A stretch of 64,000 nt of DNA from Balanoglossus misakiensis (lineage: Eukaryota > Animalia > Hemichordata), in the NCBI GenBank assembly GCA_040954595.2, contig CM082593.2:590759-654758 (forward strand), given 5' to 3'. Position 1 is the first letter of the stretch, and the number at the start of each line of letters is the position of its first letter. Positions 50,640-64,000 of this stretch are shown piece by piece. The notes under the pieces were generated by a model. That model had not been told where the DNA came from. It made no database searches and saw only the letters and a program-made list of their open reading frames with translations. The position numbers and the translations under genes were made by a program.

Positions 50640-53342
50640 AGGAAACAGCCTCAATGGTTAGAGTTTGACAAGTGGATCACATCCCAGATCTTCTCACGAA
50701 TCTATTTTCACCTCTGATTGAAGAGTGTTGACACAATCGATGGAAAATCTCTAATTTCTGGATGTGTGAATTCAGCTCATGTCAGAAGGCTTTGAGAACT
50801 TTGAACTCAAATTGAAAACTCATATAGATCATATCTTATTGGCAGACTCTGAAGGTGTAAACTGATCATAAATTTATATGAAAAGATAACACTGTTTTAT
50901 TGAGGCGAACAAATCAGAAAAATAACATTCGGAGAAAGTAATCATTTTCAAGAATGAATACAGATCAGTCTCTTGATTGAATTCAGAAAAATTTACTGGT
51001 ATCTCCTGACCATGTCATTACTTATAATTTAGGAAATATATCACTATAAGAGGTATAACATGCCTACTTAAAGTTTCTCCAGAATCGCCTCTCCCCTTTT
51101 CCATGATCCCATAAAGTTATGCCAAATGTCACATCCGTCTGCAAGGCATACAAGTAAAACTCTCAAATCAGGGAAGATTTTATGACCACGTTTTTGCCAA
51201 CATGAGGTTGTCAGTGGTTACCGTGCCATGTCATACGTCCAAGTGTTGCAGTAAATTTACTTTTTATGATCGTAACAAGTAGTGACGTCCCCACCCTCTG
51301 TGCCTGTTTTAATGGTTCCGGTCTTTGGCTATGTGTTCATAGGTTGTATAAGACCCTCAAAACTATTCATAGGGTAACCAGGGCAACTGCGCTATTGCTT
51401 TAAAAACTACTTCCGAACTCTGAAAGACACATTATAGAACAATCTGTATACTGGTGCATTTCTCTGAACCTCAATCAGACTTGAATTGAATGTTAGTCCT
51501 TTCGTTCACCTAAGCATCCTTATTTTTTAGAGGAATCCTTCATTTTTATCGCTGAGTGGTTAATTATAATCTAAATTTACGTATACTTGAGCAAATGTGT
51601 GTCTTATTTAGAGTACATCACTGCAAAAGAACTTGAGACATTCATTTCTCAATGGGTACCACTTAATATTTACAGATTTGACTTTCATCTCAAAGATCTT
51701 GACATTGAGTGTGATTGAGGGAGTTTTACAGGTCTTGCCACTGGCAAATAGTTTCACTGATAATTAATGATAACCGCCCAAGGATCGATACATCATTTGC
51801 AGTCACTAATGAGAAGTTTGTGATGTTTTAACAGGATCTTGTCATTAATGTTAAAGGTTTCGTTTTTAGTTTGCATAATGCATGAAATTGAAAAATAAAC
51901 TTTGGTGATTTATTTGTCCTCCCCTTATATACTGCACCGCATTCTTCAAATGGATGGTCAATATTGATTCTGAACTGTCAGGATTATGTGGGGAAATGAC
52001 ACTGTTGAAGATTAACAGACTATAAATTCTCTTTAAACTGACATTTGTGCAGGGTAATGTTCTGTTGAAGTGGCAACGTATGAGAAATTTGCTAAGGGTG
52101 ATAAGGCCCTGATAAAATATTTAGAAGATATTCGCTTGCAAGGGTACGGGACATAGTCCAACCTCGTGGAGAAAATTCAACAAGTGACGATTTATGGGTG
52201 TTCTTAAACTACCTGTACACTCACACGAATCTATATACACATCAAATTACATTAAATTTTGTGACGATGACGTGTAAATTAATTACAGTTGAGTGTACAC
52301 CTCAATGTAATCGTATACCTGACTGCCAGCAATATAGGGTGCATACATGCATATACATGCCACCTAACAACATTAGTACTATATTATATTTCACAATATG
52401 ATTTCTATGCATGTATTGTGTCCAAATTTCTTCCTGTTTTTTATCAAAGAATGAAACTTTCATAATTTATTGCTGCGGGCGATAACCCTCTAATTTATTA
52501 TGAAATAAACCTCACAGAATATCGCTTAAGTTACTTGGCCACATTTCTTGAAAATTAAAACGTGGAAACTTTGCCTTAAAACTAAACCATGGATGAATGA
52601 TCATAACTACTGATAAAAGTTGACAAGGAGAGGTTTCATACTGGCACTATATGTTTTAAAAACCAATAAATTCAAAAGTGATTCCTGATGAGATTTTGTT
52701 AGCGAATCTTCAATTGGTTTGTGGAGATTTACGTTGCCAAAGAGCGGTGTGTGCTTATAATGAATCGCTGAAGTAAAGATCTTTGAATTGATGTTTGTAC
52801 AGATTGAAAGTACTTGCGAAGCTTATTCGTGAGACACTCTTTGACAGGAAAATTTTTTCATAAATTTACTTTGCACGACGTCTTACAAACCTCTAGAGTT
52901 CGTGTGATTTCTAACACCTTTCAGTTCGCATGATTTCTCAAAAACGCTCTGAAGTGTATGACTTTTGAAAAACACCTTGTACGCGTGATGTCTCGATTTA
53001 GCGTTATAGTTGCATACGTGGTACAGTACATCAAATTTTACACATCAAACACCATTCCAAAAAATCCATTAATCTGACGTATACATTTCTGTCTGTTGTG
53101 AAAATAAAACTTGCACAGCTCGACGTATCAACTGAAGTCATTACAATCATATTTGTGGAACAAGGAAATGCTACAAGTATTTTACTGTATGTTTTGCTTC
53201 CCATTACCATTAAAACTTAATGGCCTCGGTCAATATATTAGATGAGAAACGGCGCAATACAGACATTTATGCTTTCAATTGGTGCATCGCATACTTTTAC
53301 AACTATGCAATCACAGTTTGTACGTGCAGGGCTGGTACTTAC

Positions 53343-53640
53343 CGTTCAATTTTGCAATTTCTTCTTCCAACTTTCTGTTCATCTGAACAAAGTCTCAGCT
53401 CAAAAAAGGTTTTAGAATATGATGCACTTACTTGTGTTGACTTGATCTTGGCATTGATGATGAAATCTTGGCACTGATGTTGAAATACTCTACAGACTTC
53501 TTTGATCAAAGACAACGACACTCGTGTATTCGTCTACTTCAGCTGCAGCCGCCACACTGACTGTACACGCGGCAACTCGCCGACAGATCAAGTGCCGCCG
53601 ATCGCTAGTGACGTCATCAAGTATTAACCAGCTCTCCAAT
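53343..53640 (-). promoter_or_regulatory. Candidate promoter and first non-coding exon, possibly of the GPCR
   Basis: In - strand order: CCAAT box (53636-53640), full CRE TGACGTCA (53609-53616), Inr TCAGT (53560-53556), a locally CpG-rich stretch, then donor ACG|GTAAGT at 53343/53342. The GPCR ATG exon has a good acceptor (ctctaat...ttctacag) at 24049-24048. Confidence 0.4.
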
Positions 53641-56600
53641 CATGCACTTCCTCAACATTGATGGTATAGGAAGATAAGTTGCAGCCTGCACTTCAACCCG
53701 AGTGTCTCATTCGTGTTCAATATGGAATGCCTATTAACGGAAAAAAATCATTCAATAAATAAACATGTTCAAGTTGATGGTTTCCTTCATGGACAAAGTC
53801 AGATATTTCCCTCTGAACGAGTTTGCAATTCCAAAATCCACATTGTCGATGCAGTTGCTTAAATGTTCAAAGCTTGACTCTTCTATATACGCTTGAAACA
53901 AGCATTGCAGTATGATTTATTGCGAGTTTGTTTAACACTGTGGTTTTATTTACCTAAACTTGCCTCGAACTGGCATAATGCAAGGGCCTGTCAGAATTAA
54001 CAGGAGTGAGCTGTTGCTTTTCTATATATGAAAAATAGTGACCCTGTCTAAAGCTGCCTGACAAATTTGCTGACCTTTCTCACGGGCTGTGTGATGTACA
54101 ATGTTATCCAACTCGATTAAAAACTTGATGTAGTTGCCTTAAACATGTTTTGAGCAAGGCAAGTTCCAACAACTAATTATGACATCACCCAACACAATCC
54201 AATAATACAATCTGTGCACATGCTGTGACGTACTGACCACAGTCCAATGATGCAAACCGTGCATATACCATCCCCTGCCACGTCAACTACATATGGCAGA
54301 TTTATAAACCTCAAATTAGTGTAAATAACGGGCTAAGACAAATTTCACTTTGCAAATTGTAATTTGTCACCCTCTCATGCATGACCCCACAGCTTAGTTT
54401 ATAGTTGTTCCCGGACAAAATGATTTCACCAGAAAATTGAAATTTAGTCAACATCTCCAGATATTTGAGTAGTAGTACACTACATATTACCGTTCAAATA
54501 TGAAGTTTGCAGACACGTACGTGAGAATTTACGAGTATTTGCTTGCAACGGTTAAATTACCATTTCATACGTGCAGTTATTGTAAAGTGCAAGACTAGTG
54601 TTTGTATTCGAAAAGTAAATGTTGGAACTGTAGTTATACACATGTGCTTACTTCGTCATATTCAAATATGCCAATCATCTTCCGATCAATATAATTTCCC
54701 AACTACAAATAATGTATAATCACTGGGCACGACCATTTAAACATTTCAGACCACGGCTTCTGCTATTCCATATTACATCATGTGAATGGTGGTTTCTTTT
54801 CCAAAGCTTGACTTCTTTTCGTATAAGAAATAGACAGTTTATCAAAAGGAAAGGACTGCTTAATGGAATGCTGTCGCTTTGAAATTTTCCAATTGTCCCA
54901 AGAGGATCAGGTTTGCCACTCGATCTGCATTCACGACTTTATAGCAGGTTCTAACACTGTCACGCAGGAAATTGACATGATTTACTGAGATAACCGCGAA
55001 CTAAAATTCAATAACAATGTAATTTGATAGTTTTCAATAGTCGATGCTTTCTAGAACATTTAGGTACACGTACAAGACTGCCTGAGCTTATAGCCACACT
55101 TTGTACATATGAATGTGTGTACAAAGTATGCGGTTCGACTGGTCTGATGCAAAGTGCGCAATACGAAAGTAGAGCAGAATATAAAGTAAGGGTAGCTGGA
55201 GAAACAATTAATGTATGTATGTACGTACATTTCTATGTATGTGTATATTACACTCACACACAAATATACACACATACACTTTGATATTGACATGAAGTTA
55301 TTTAAGTTCGGATTTGTGGTACTAAAAGAGAAACGCTGCTCTGGGTTACCAATTTTCAAAATTCATTATTGCCTACGAAAAAGTGCAATTAAAGAATATC
55401 ATTAAATGTGGAAACTGGCTAGGAAATAAAACATTACAAATAAAGGGTAATAAAATGGAAAGCTTTATCTTGCATCAAAAGGTAATTTGAATTCTCGACA
55501 ATTCAATTATATATCTAATGATGTTTATAAGATTAGGATCAAAGGGCCAAAAGTACTTCCCTTTCATTGCATGTTCAATAGTTCTTGTATACTGTATCCA
55601 TCATTTAAAGGGGAACAGTCCAATAATATATTTGAAAGGGTTGTTTACATACATACAAAGGTATACGGGCACCTGTGCTAATTTAGCGTCAGTTACCATG
55701 GAAAGTGGACATGTAGCCAATCATAGATTTTCACTTGGGTAGCCCCAACATTTACTGGAAGACTTAGATGCGACCCTGAATAATGAAAATTACATTAATA
55801 CTAATACACGCTAAACAAACACCACCTGTGCTGATAAGTTGAATACTGAATATTTTAACCTTTTAAGAACAAACAGGAAAGAAATTATCAAACCTCACAA
55901 TTATATGGGGGATTGGGATTCACCCAAATAGTTGATGCATAAAAATTTTATTGATGAGCTACTTTTATTCGAGTAATGTCTTTGTCATTTCCTTTATTTT
56001 ACCCACATTAGATATTGTTTGTTTGTTTACTGGTTGGTTTGTTGGCTTGCTTGCTCGATTACTTGTTGCAATTTTTCTCATACAAAAAACATTCCACATG
56101 CACATGACTTTGAGAGAGACAATCCTTTCATACTTCTTTTTCAGCAAGTACTTGTTTCTATATGTAAGCAAATTTGCTGCAGGTAATCAGGTGTTCAGGT
56201 CACATTAAACTACTTTATTTCATGAGAATTTTGAAATGCCTTGTTCTATTCTTGTCATTTTTGCCTCTCACCGAACAGGAACATTTTTTCATTCAGGCTC
56301 TGCTCGGGCAATCACATGATAATTGACCTGTCGTCGAAGATTTTATATATCCCACTTTTAAGTTAAGAAGCAATTATTTTTCAGAATTAGCTCAGTCAAC
56401 TCCAAATGATATCATTCACTGTTGGGAATTGATACTTCATGTGGTCGAGTAATGCAAATGGTGGAATCTTTAGAAACAAATATTAGTGATTAAAGAGCAA
56501 ATATCGATTATATGATGTCCAAATTGTTCTGGAATTCAACCGTGAACTCATCAATGATAATGACTATTCTCAAATAACCTGTCTAATTTGAGGATACTTT

Positions 56601-56749
56601 TCCAGCAAAATACAAGAATTCCTTTAGGACCTAGTTGTGCTCCATTCCTTGCCTGCGTAAGGACAAGGAGCTGAAACATTTTCATTTTGCTATTCAGAAA
56701 CATCAATGGTGTCATTTCAATGAAAACTCTGTGTATGATAGTACAACTC

Positions 56750-57110
56750 AAACTAGAATAGAGGAAAAGACAAAATCCGTTCCATCTGCTTCATATTTTT
56801 CTAGAGTTTGCCATTAACGATCATCTTCATATCAGGCTTTATAACAAGAAGGATGCCATCATTCCCCTGCTCCTTCCGCAGCACTGCACTGTTGCCAGCC
56901 TCTGATACATACATCCCCAAGCTCATTCATAATACAAGAGCATGTGCCATTCTGAATGAATTTTTGAAGAGACACACTTTTTCGTTGCAAGCTTTTGGAT
57001 CAAGTTTACTCAAGAGAATGACTTGTCCACATTACCACATTTTGGGAGGTCTTATAGTCTTTAAGGATCAGTATGGTGTATCTGAAAGACAATTGATATC
57101 ACATGCCAAA
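56750..57110 (+). mobile_element. Decayed Penelope-like retroelement fragment (RT C-terminal/thumb and linker region)
   Basis: Translation across frameshifts gives IEEKTKSVPSASYF / LEFAINDHLHIRLYNKKD / SFPC...LLPASDTYIPKLIHNTRACAILNEFLKRH / CKLLDQVYSRE*L / QYGVSERQLI. These blocks are in the order of the marine-invertebrate PLE pattern as I recall it: EIK.TTES..SASYLD, LYDKRDDF, FP.LSSNIP.SPAYGVYISQLIRYARAC...DF..R, KLL.QGY. Not searched against a database. Confidence 0.75.
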
Positions 57111-58314
57111 AATAGATGTTTCAATAGCTGGCAGATACCACAGGTGGGCAGGATGTCCCTAACACTTTGCAAAATCTATAAGGATAGACATAATTATTGA
57201 CTACTTTGTGTAGAATACTGAAGTACTGTACAGCCATATTTGCATTTAATGGCTTGTAGCTCTGAGTTGCGTAGAACGTGTGACTGTTTGCTAAAATTTG
57301 GGGGAACTATTGCGATGTGTAATTTTATCTGCCTGAATAACAGTTTGGGTCATTTACGTTATTTCTCATGTTATTTACTTTTTCAGAGTTCTTTTTCTAG
57401 TGAAAGCATTGACAGCTCTGTCTGTAGAACAAGATGAGAAACACAATTGAAGTATGATTATTTATTCCATAATATCTCCATCCGAATATAAAAGGTCATG
57501 TACACACTCACAATCATGTTACATCTTTTCCGTGTTTGTGCCTTTTTCAAATTCCATTATGGAGTTGATGTATCCGCCAAAATGAAAGATAGAAAATTGC
57601 CACTCCCAGATCCTATTAGGCCGCTTCCATGTTTCCGTGTTATCATCTGTAATCTTTCTTGATGTATACTTAATCATCGATTTCTCTGACATTAATGTTT
57701 TCATAATTTTTTGAACAACATGTAGTACCATCGGAAACGGAAAACGATTCTGAAATCTGCATTGCAAGTCTGGTACTAAACTGTATTTCAATAAATACTC
57801 TAAACTGTACTTCACTTACACTGGGGGTTAGATTGAAGGATTGTGCACTTTTATGCTCGACAAAAAAGAATGAGACACATGTAAACCTCTATATTTGAGA
57901 AGAACCATCATTCATTGCAATATTCAGAGCTATAGGATATAGGTACTATTAACAACTTGGTAACTGATGGTGCAAACGGGGAAAGGTATGATTACAAACT
58001 CAGGGCATTTCTTTGAATCACAAAGTTTCATTATGCTTCTTGCTATGTGCTGGAATCACATTAGATAATGGTGTTGTTTAAGACATTTTTGCTTTAGGGC
58101 ATTGTGTAATCGGTCACCTCAACCTGCCATGTGAAATCACAGACATCTGACCTTTTTCAAGAACGAATTGACTGACTTTAGATCTTGCCTTCTGCTACTT
58201 GCCCCAGTATCTAATTAGTATGAATCAATTTCATCAATGTCCAACTCAGTTTAAAGGCGATGCAAGCACAATGTACTACAACTAACAGGGATGAGACATG
58301 TAACTGACATGAAA

Positions 58315-58700
58315 GGAAAAACACATTAGCAACAAAATGACATGACGTCCGTGTATTGAATGAAGTTGGATAAATAACATTCACTGCAAATTACTGGACA
58401 ATAAATTCACCTGCGCTTAGGTTCATGCACTATTTAGGATGTTAGGATGACACAAAAGATGAGCATGTCCTCGGATGCAGCATGGACCAGCTCGATTAAT
58501 GAATTGAATTCCTTGGACAATAAATGGTAAATCGTGTATAGGATTGCCATTGCAAGTATTTTAGGCAAATACGATACGTATGTCATTATCCATAACAGTG
58601 TCCAGGAATGACAATTACAGTCGTCATGCTTGATAAAAAGAGTTGCCATTGAGTAGAAATAGCCGCCCCTTGTAGACCTGTCAATTTGCCTTTTTACCCG
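58315..58700 (-). mobile_element. Possible decayed LINE APE-endonuclease fragment
   Basis: - strand blocks QIDRSTRGG, ILYTIYH, MLIF/CHPNI and NTRTSCHFVANVF occur in the order of the APE motifs R.DR..RGGG, IYRPP, I.GD.N and PTR....IDNIF. Very degenerate. Confidence 0.3.
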
Positions 58701-61700
58701 GAAATTGCAAACCTGTAGTTCATAAAACTGTTTGCATATACCACAGAATTTGTTACACATGCAGTCAAATCAAAATTAATCTGTTTTCTGAACTCCTACT
58801 GGCAAAATAATGGATGTTTTTATTCGATCAGTACACAGACAAAACATTCAGACAGAGCATCAGGCATACCCTTTGGAATTACAAATTATTAAAAGCAATC
58901 CGTGGCTTATATGTTTTACAAACAAGGTATCATATACTACATATACCCAAAGCAATAGAAGATTATCTGCTCATTATGAGATCTCGCGAGACTTGGTTAA
59001 TTACAATAGCAATGGGTTACTAGTCAAGTAATACAAGTCAAGCTTTGTATATGAAAATTTGCAATGCAGTGGATCGTATCCACTGACACGTGCATGAAGT
59101 AATCGCTGCATTTCTCAACTTGACAAAACTACCTCGACGCTTGTGCGCCAAACGTATTTCAAAAGGCGCCACACTTTTTACTGATTAAACTCACTGGACG
59201 CAAAAGGCATATTCAGGAATAATACCTTCAACCACGGAGCGATACACTGTGATGAAACTTGCATGGAGCTGTTGAAGTTTAAGCGACAGGGGTTTACAAG
59301 AATCATTCAAGCGCGTTTCCCATATGGACGCAATGACTAGAAAATGTCTCACTTCCATTTATTTTTTCTATCCAGTTGTACATGTATACATGTACAATGT
59401 TCTTTTTAAAAATGATTTGACCCTTGACGTCCGTATAATGTCACCTTTGTTACTACACATACAGACACTATATCTCTAATGAAAGACATATTCAGGATTA
59501 GATGACGGTTCAAGCAGTGACTACGGTTTTGTATATATACCCATGCCCGCGACTGTAATGATCCATGAAGACAAACTAGTTTTTAGTATAATCATCTACG
59601 GTTTCCATTCCATCTCATAATAAGTGAAAAGCGGTAGCTACCAAAACATCTCACATTCATCGCAAATCGCTTTAAATTTGTTTATTGACGTCTATGTATG
59701 TGTCGCTTTGTTCACAAGGATGTCGTAAACCACGGCTAAAAGCAGTGCGTGATAATTATATAATGTTTGCGCAACTTTCTGGTTGACAGAAAGATGCACA
59801 TGAATACGTACATAGCACATGCACATAATACGATCATATAGTTATGGTTTAGTATGATTAGGTTTGATTTCTTTATGTGAATATTTTAGCCAATAAAAGG
59901 TTACAGTGGGTGAATCCATCAGCAAAATGTTTTCTCAAAAGCAATATAAAATGTAAGACACCTTTTAAGTGACCCTAAATTATTCAGGGTAATATTAGAG
60001 ACAAAAACACCGCAGTAGAAGAAGTGAAAAGGGCCATGCCACATTATTTATTATCTTTCCGCTGACGGTTTTAAAGACCAGTGCAATCTCATTGTAGCAA
60101 TCACGTGCACATTGAAGTGGTCAGCTTGTAAATGGCAACTCGTCTGAGTTAGTCGATACTGACAGCGTTATGGCTTGTTGGTTGAGGAGACGCGCAAAAC
60201 CAATTACCTGTGGTAGAAAATGCAATTACTACACTTATGTTTACGTTATACATATAATCCCCTTGAATGTTTTTCTTACTGGGCAACACTGTTCCCCTTT
60301 TAATTTACACTAAAATTCTTCAAGGTCTTTACTTGTGCTTGGCCTTTGAAAATGAATGTTTTGGACAGGTCTTTTGATCAGGTGAGCCGACACAATAATC
60401 TGAATCCCATCCTGTCAGCGTTTGTCGCCGGTTGTTAGTTTGACGCGCACTCGCTTTACTCCTTTGTTCAATACCGCTGCAAAGAGATTAGCCTGTTCGT
60501 CCGGGATTTAATAACGAACGCTTCCTGGTGCTGTTTCAATTTCTCCCCCCCCCCCCCTGTGTATTATGGAAAGCTGTTCTTGTTTGAATGTGGGGTGATT
60601 TTTTTTCTTCAAGGAGTTACAGAACTTTAAAAGGTGCACTGTACCTTTTTGACATTCTCTAAATATTGTTTAATGTGTATTACCTATAGTTTTCTGTTTA
60701 AATTCTCCTTCTCAACCTATTAAAATGCTTATAACACGTTTTCTGGGTGTTAAGATAATAGTCACTGCCATTGTTGATAAAGAAATGAAGTATGGACGTG
60801 GTATCCATTTCTGCCAGGTGGGTATAACATCCATGTCTGGTTTGCAGATGGTCTGCAGGGAACAACTGTACTTGTGCAGCGAAAGTGAACACGTTTACAT
60901 TCGATAATGGGGAATGGTTAAACATCAGTTGTCACACTGTAATTATTTTTACTAGTTTACAGTAGAATTAAGGCGATTCGACCCTACACTTAAACAACAA
61001 TTGCCGTGAGAAATCATGTGACCTTTTGACATTGTTGACGTGTTACTTGAGGCGCCCTCATCAAGCAATGCATTCTTTCTTTTATCCTGAAGCAACATTA
61101 CAGTTACTGTAGTGGCCCTGATGACATCAATCTGTCCTGTAGATGTCAACAGTAAACTGACAACAATCCATGAGCCACCTCTGTTGTCAAAGATCACCAC
61201 TGGGTTACACTCAGAACTATAGACCTCAGGTGCGATATAAAAAGCGTAGTATGGTATGTTTGACCAAACAACACTTTTGGCAGAGCATCACAGAAGTTTC
61301 ATCTCTTTGCCAACTAAAACCTATGCATAGAGATAAACATATTCACCCTCTATGTGAATGTTACCCCTTAAAATCTCACAAATGCCCATGAAGCAGATAT
61401 TTCACTGGCAACTATCTTGCGGACCCCAATCCTCGGATATCAAATGGTTCAACACTCAGTGACCTATGTTGGAAATAAAGGCCAAGTGATGAACTCAACA
61501 TTCTAGAACTATACACTAGTGCCGTAGCAAAAGCATTGTAAAGCCCACGATATGAATCACTAATTAAAGCTGACCAGAAAATCTCCACGGTTACCATCAT
61601 AAAGGTGTGACTTGAATTGTAGCAAAAACTAAATGCTGCTATACGACATTATCTTAGAACGTTAAGTATGCCTATATTGTCACTGATTGTCACAGATAGC

Positions 61701-62860
61701 AAACTTTAGATCCTTATAGTGCAACAGCGAGATGCCCAAGGCACAATAAACCAGAATAGTAGGCTGTAAAAATTATCTTTGAATACTATTCACGTTATCG
61801 TGTCCAGAACGAATCACCGTTGTACCACTGTGGTATCGTGTTCTGTCTGAATATAAAACCAGATGGGATTTATAGCTTCTGTCAATGTCGACCCAGTCAT
61901 ATGTAAGGCTAAGGGAAGGCTAAAAGTTTGATTATAAACTGGTTTAATAATTGGTGTTGAATTAAAACGGATGGCAGTATGATACGCGGTAAATTCTGAG
62001 ATGTTGAAGAGAGATTGTGCGAGGAGTATTTTCAAGGAAAGAGTTTCAGTGTTGAAATAACACCCACGGGTATAGTTAAATTAATTTAGTAGCACAAGAG
62101 AGTACAAGTTAGCTTACCTTCCAATGCCCGATAGAAATCAAATACATCCGCTTGTAAATACGACCTAAGCAACCGGCAAAAAAATTCTGTCCAGTGATGG
62201 CGCTGTGGACAACTACAGTACGGTACAGTGCAGTATTGACGGGAGATGAGTGAGCAAAGGACCTACCAAGATATTTAAAATAGTTTTGATTGTCGATTTT
62301 TATTAATACAGATTTCCAACGTGCAAAACTTTCATAATGTGATTAATTGTAACTGTCTAGTGTGACTAGTTCAAAATATTTCTGGGTAGTTTCACAAGAT
62401 GTGGTATAATTTATAAATTCACACATTTAATTATGTTTTTGTGTGTTTTGGCAAATTGAATTAGTGAAGGACAAGACATCAACACCTCATATATGTCAAT
62501 GTATGTTTCATGGTCTTTGTTGTTACAAAACAAGAAATGTGTCTAAACATGTTCAATGTCACTTTCCCAATACCCAGGGGAGTCATATAATTGCACTGAA
62601 ATTGGTCTCATGCTGACGCAGAATAAAGGTGACGTCAGTAAAAATGAGGCAAGGAAGACCCTTGTGAGCTCGTTATAACACAAACACAAAAACAACAACA
62701 TATGTATCAGGGTTAGAGGGTTATAAAAAAACTTTACCTTTATATGAACTTGTTTGCATGCATTCATAAAAACAACCATGTTGATTCTCCCATAGCTATG
62801 GCCAGAAGCCTGATGACTGAAAATGGAAAATGGATTGAGTGTGACAACCACGATTATGCA

Positions 62861-62918
62861 TTTTTTATTTTTTTATTTCGGTAAACCAACAGGCCAGATG
62901 CCCATTTACAGGCATCTG
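62861..62918 (-). mobile_element. Retroposon (LINE/SINE) 3' end: stem-loop followed by an AATAAA-rich tail
   Basis: Perfect 8-bp stem CAGATGCC/GGCATCTG (62895-62918) with an 8-nt loop, followed on the - strand by ccgaaataaaaaaataaaaaa. Confidence 0.45.
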
Positions 62919-62924
62919 TTAAAA

Positions 62925-63265
62925 TCAACTATAAAGAAAAATACAACTACAGAAAATAAAAGGCAGAAGAAAACAATATGATCTGATAAATAAACAACAA
63001 CTCACAAAAAAATAAGAAAAATAAAACAGAAGTTAAAAGCGGGCTAGACTAGTCAAATGAAAATTGTGAGTACACAGAACACAATACTCCTAGCATGGTG
63101 TTGTAGCTGTCTACTAAAACAAAATAAAATATAACTCGGAAAGAAGTTACACTTGTTATACCAACCAGTAAAATAAATATAAATACAAAAGTATAAGTAA
63201 AAATAAATAAAATACAAATAAACTATAAATAAAATAAAAAAAATCATCCAAAATAAATCAACATA
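62925..63265 (+). repeat. A-rich low-complexity tract
   Basis: aaataaa/aaaataa-type degenerate runs; source of the spurious F/Y/I-rich ORF 63053-63247. Confidence 0.7.
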
Positions 63266-64000
63266 TTTGTGGCATAATATTAATGATTACAAGAATCTGT
63301 CCTTTGATATTCTTACCTTATCAAATATGTTGATTTATATTCATTTATCCATTTTGATTCGCCCTTATACTGATTAATCCAATCTGGGGTAAAAATAATA
63401 CATGACACATACATGTAATTTCTCTTGAATAGATGTACTCAGACAGATATCTTGGTATTTTGTGAATACCCTTAATAATTAATACTATTGTAATTAGTAA
63501 TAATACTAACCAAAAATCAAACAATTGAAGTATTCATATGTAATGTCCCGGGATTGGTTGTGAATGGGTCATGACATCTGGTCATTATTTGCCACCAGTT
63601 TTTTCTTCTGCTCAATGCAAGACAAACCCCTGGTTGATTTCAGCAGGGGAACTGTGAATGAGACATTTAATATTCATGAGCAATAACATCACTGGCATTT
63701 ATAGTCAATTACTATCGTCTCAGAAACTGTCGGTTATTAATATTTATTAAGTGTTGTGCCCTTTCCAACTGGCTGCGAAGAATTATTCACCGAAACACTA
63801 CAATAACACCCCCCCCCCCCAACCCTAACCCCCACTCATAAATGCACCGTTGCACGATGGGCTTACGTACATGTAAACAATTTACATGGCCGAGTAATGC
63901 CACGTTGATGGGTGAAGTTTCAACAAAGTTTGTACAAAAATACACAACTCACAATTCTGCCTGTGAGCTATACTAATGCAGAAAGTATATTTACCTCGCT

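Noticed and set aside
50645-50700. tRNA/SINE A-box-like CAGCCTCAATGGTTAGAG
   Set aside because: No B-box or cloverleaf follows. I found no tRNA or rRNA gene in the window.
24235-63247. Remaining 60-130 aa ORFs in the 24-64 kb region
   Set aside because: No recognisable domains and no phase-consistent exon chains, with lengths as expected by chance. Small or highly divergent exons cannot be excluded by eye.
63820-63832. Telomere-like AACCCTAACCC
   Set aside because: Fewer than two full units, next to a poly-C run; probably chance.
1-64000. Prokaryotic systems (CRISPR arrays, operons, defence islands)
   Set aside because: The sequence is spliceosomal-intron eukaryotic DNA. There are no regularly spaced direct repeats with unique spacers and no long unspliced ORFs.

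Overview
AT-rich, intron-containing animal genomic DNA. Gene content and repeat style suggest an invertebrate deuterostome such as an enteropneust hemichordate (inference). The first 24 kb hold three spliced genes, which I assembled by hand from GT..AG introns with consistent phases. (1) A + strand, 27-coding-exon non-classical cadherin (3262-11683, 1246 aa) with 7 EC repeats, a membrane-adjacent domain, one TM helix and an acidic tail ending VTSF; it carries PCDH15/CDH23-family hallmarks. (2) A + strand, 13-exon, probably secreted protein (12356-16683, 680 aa) with three copies of a 6-Cys 'CDDGG...GSDCxDCG' repeat, a Pro/Ser/Thr linker and four CUB domains. (3) A - strand, 4-coding-exon class A peptide-receptor-type GPCR (19232-23911, 351 aa). 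In 24-64 kb I found no intact coding gene. That region holds microsatellites, small foldback/MITE elements, decayed Penelope-like and LINE fragments, and a candidate GPCR promoter and first non-coding exon at about 53.3-53.6 kb, which would imply about 29 kb of 5' UTR intron. Most entries in the ORF track are spurious or are partial exons.
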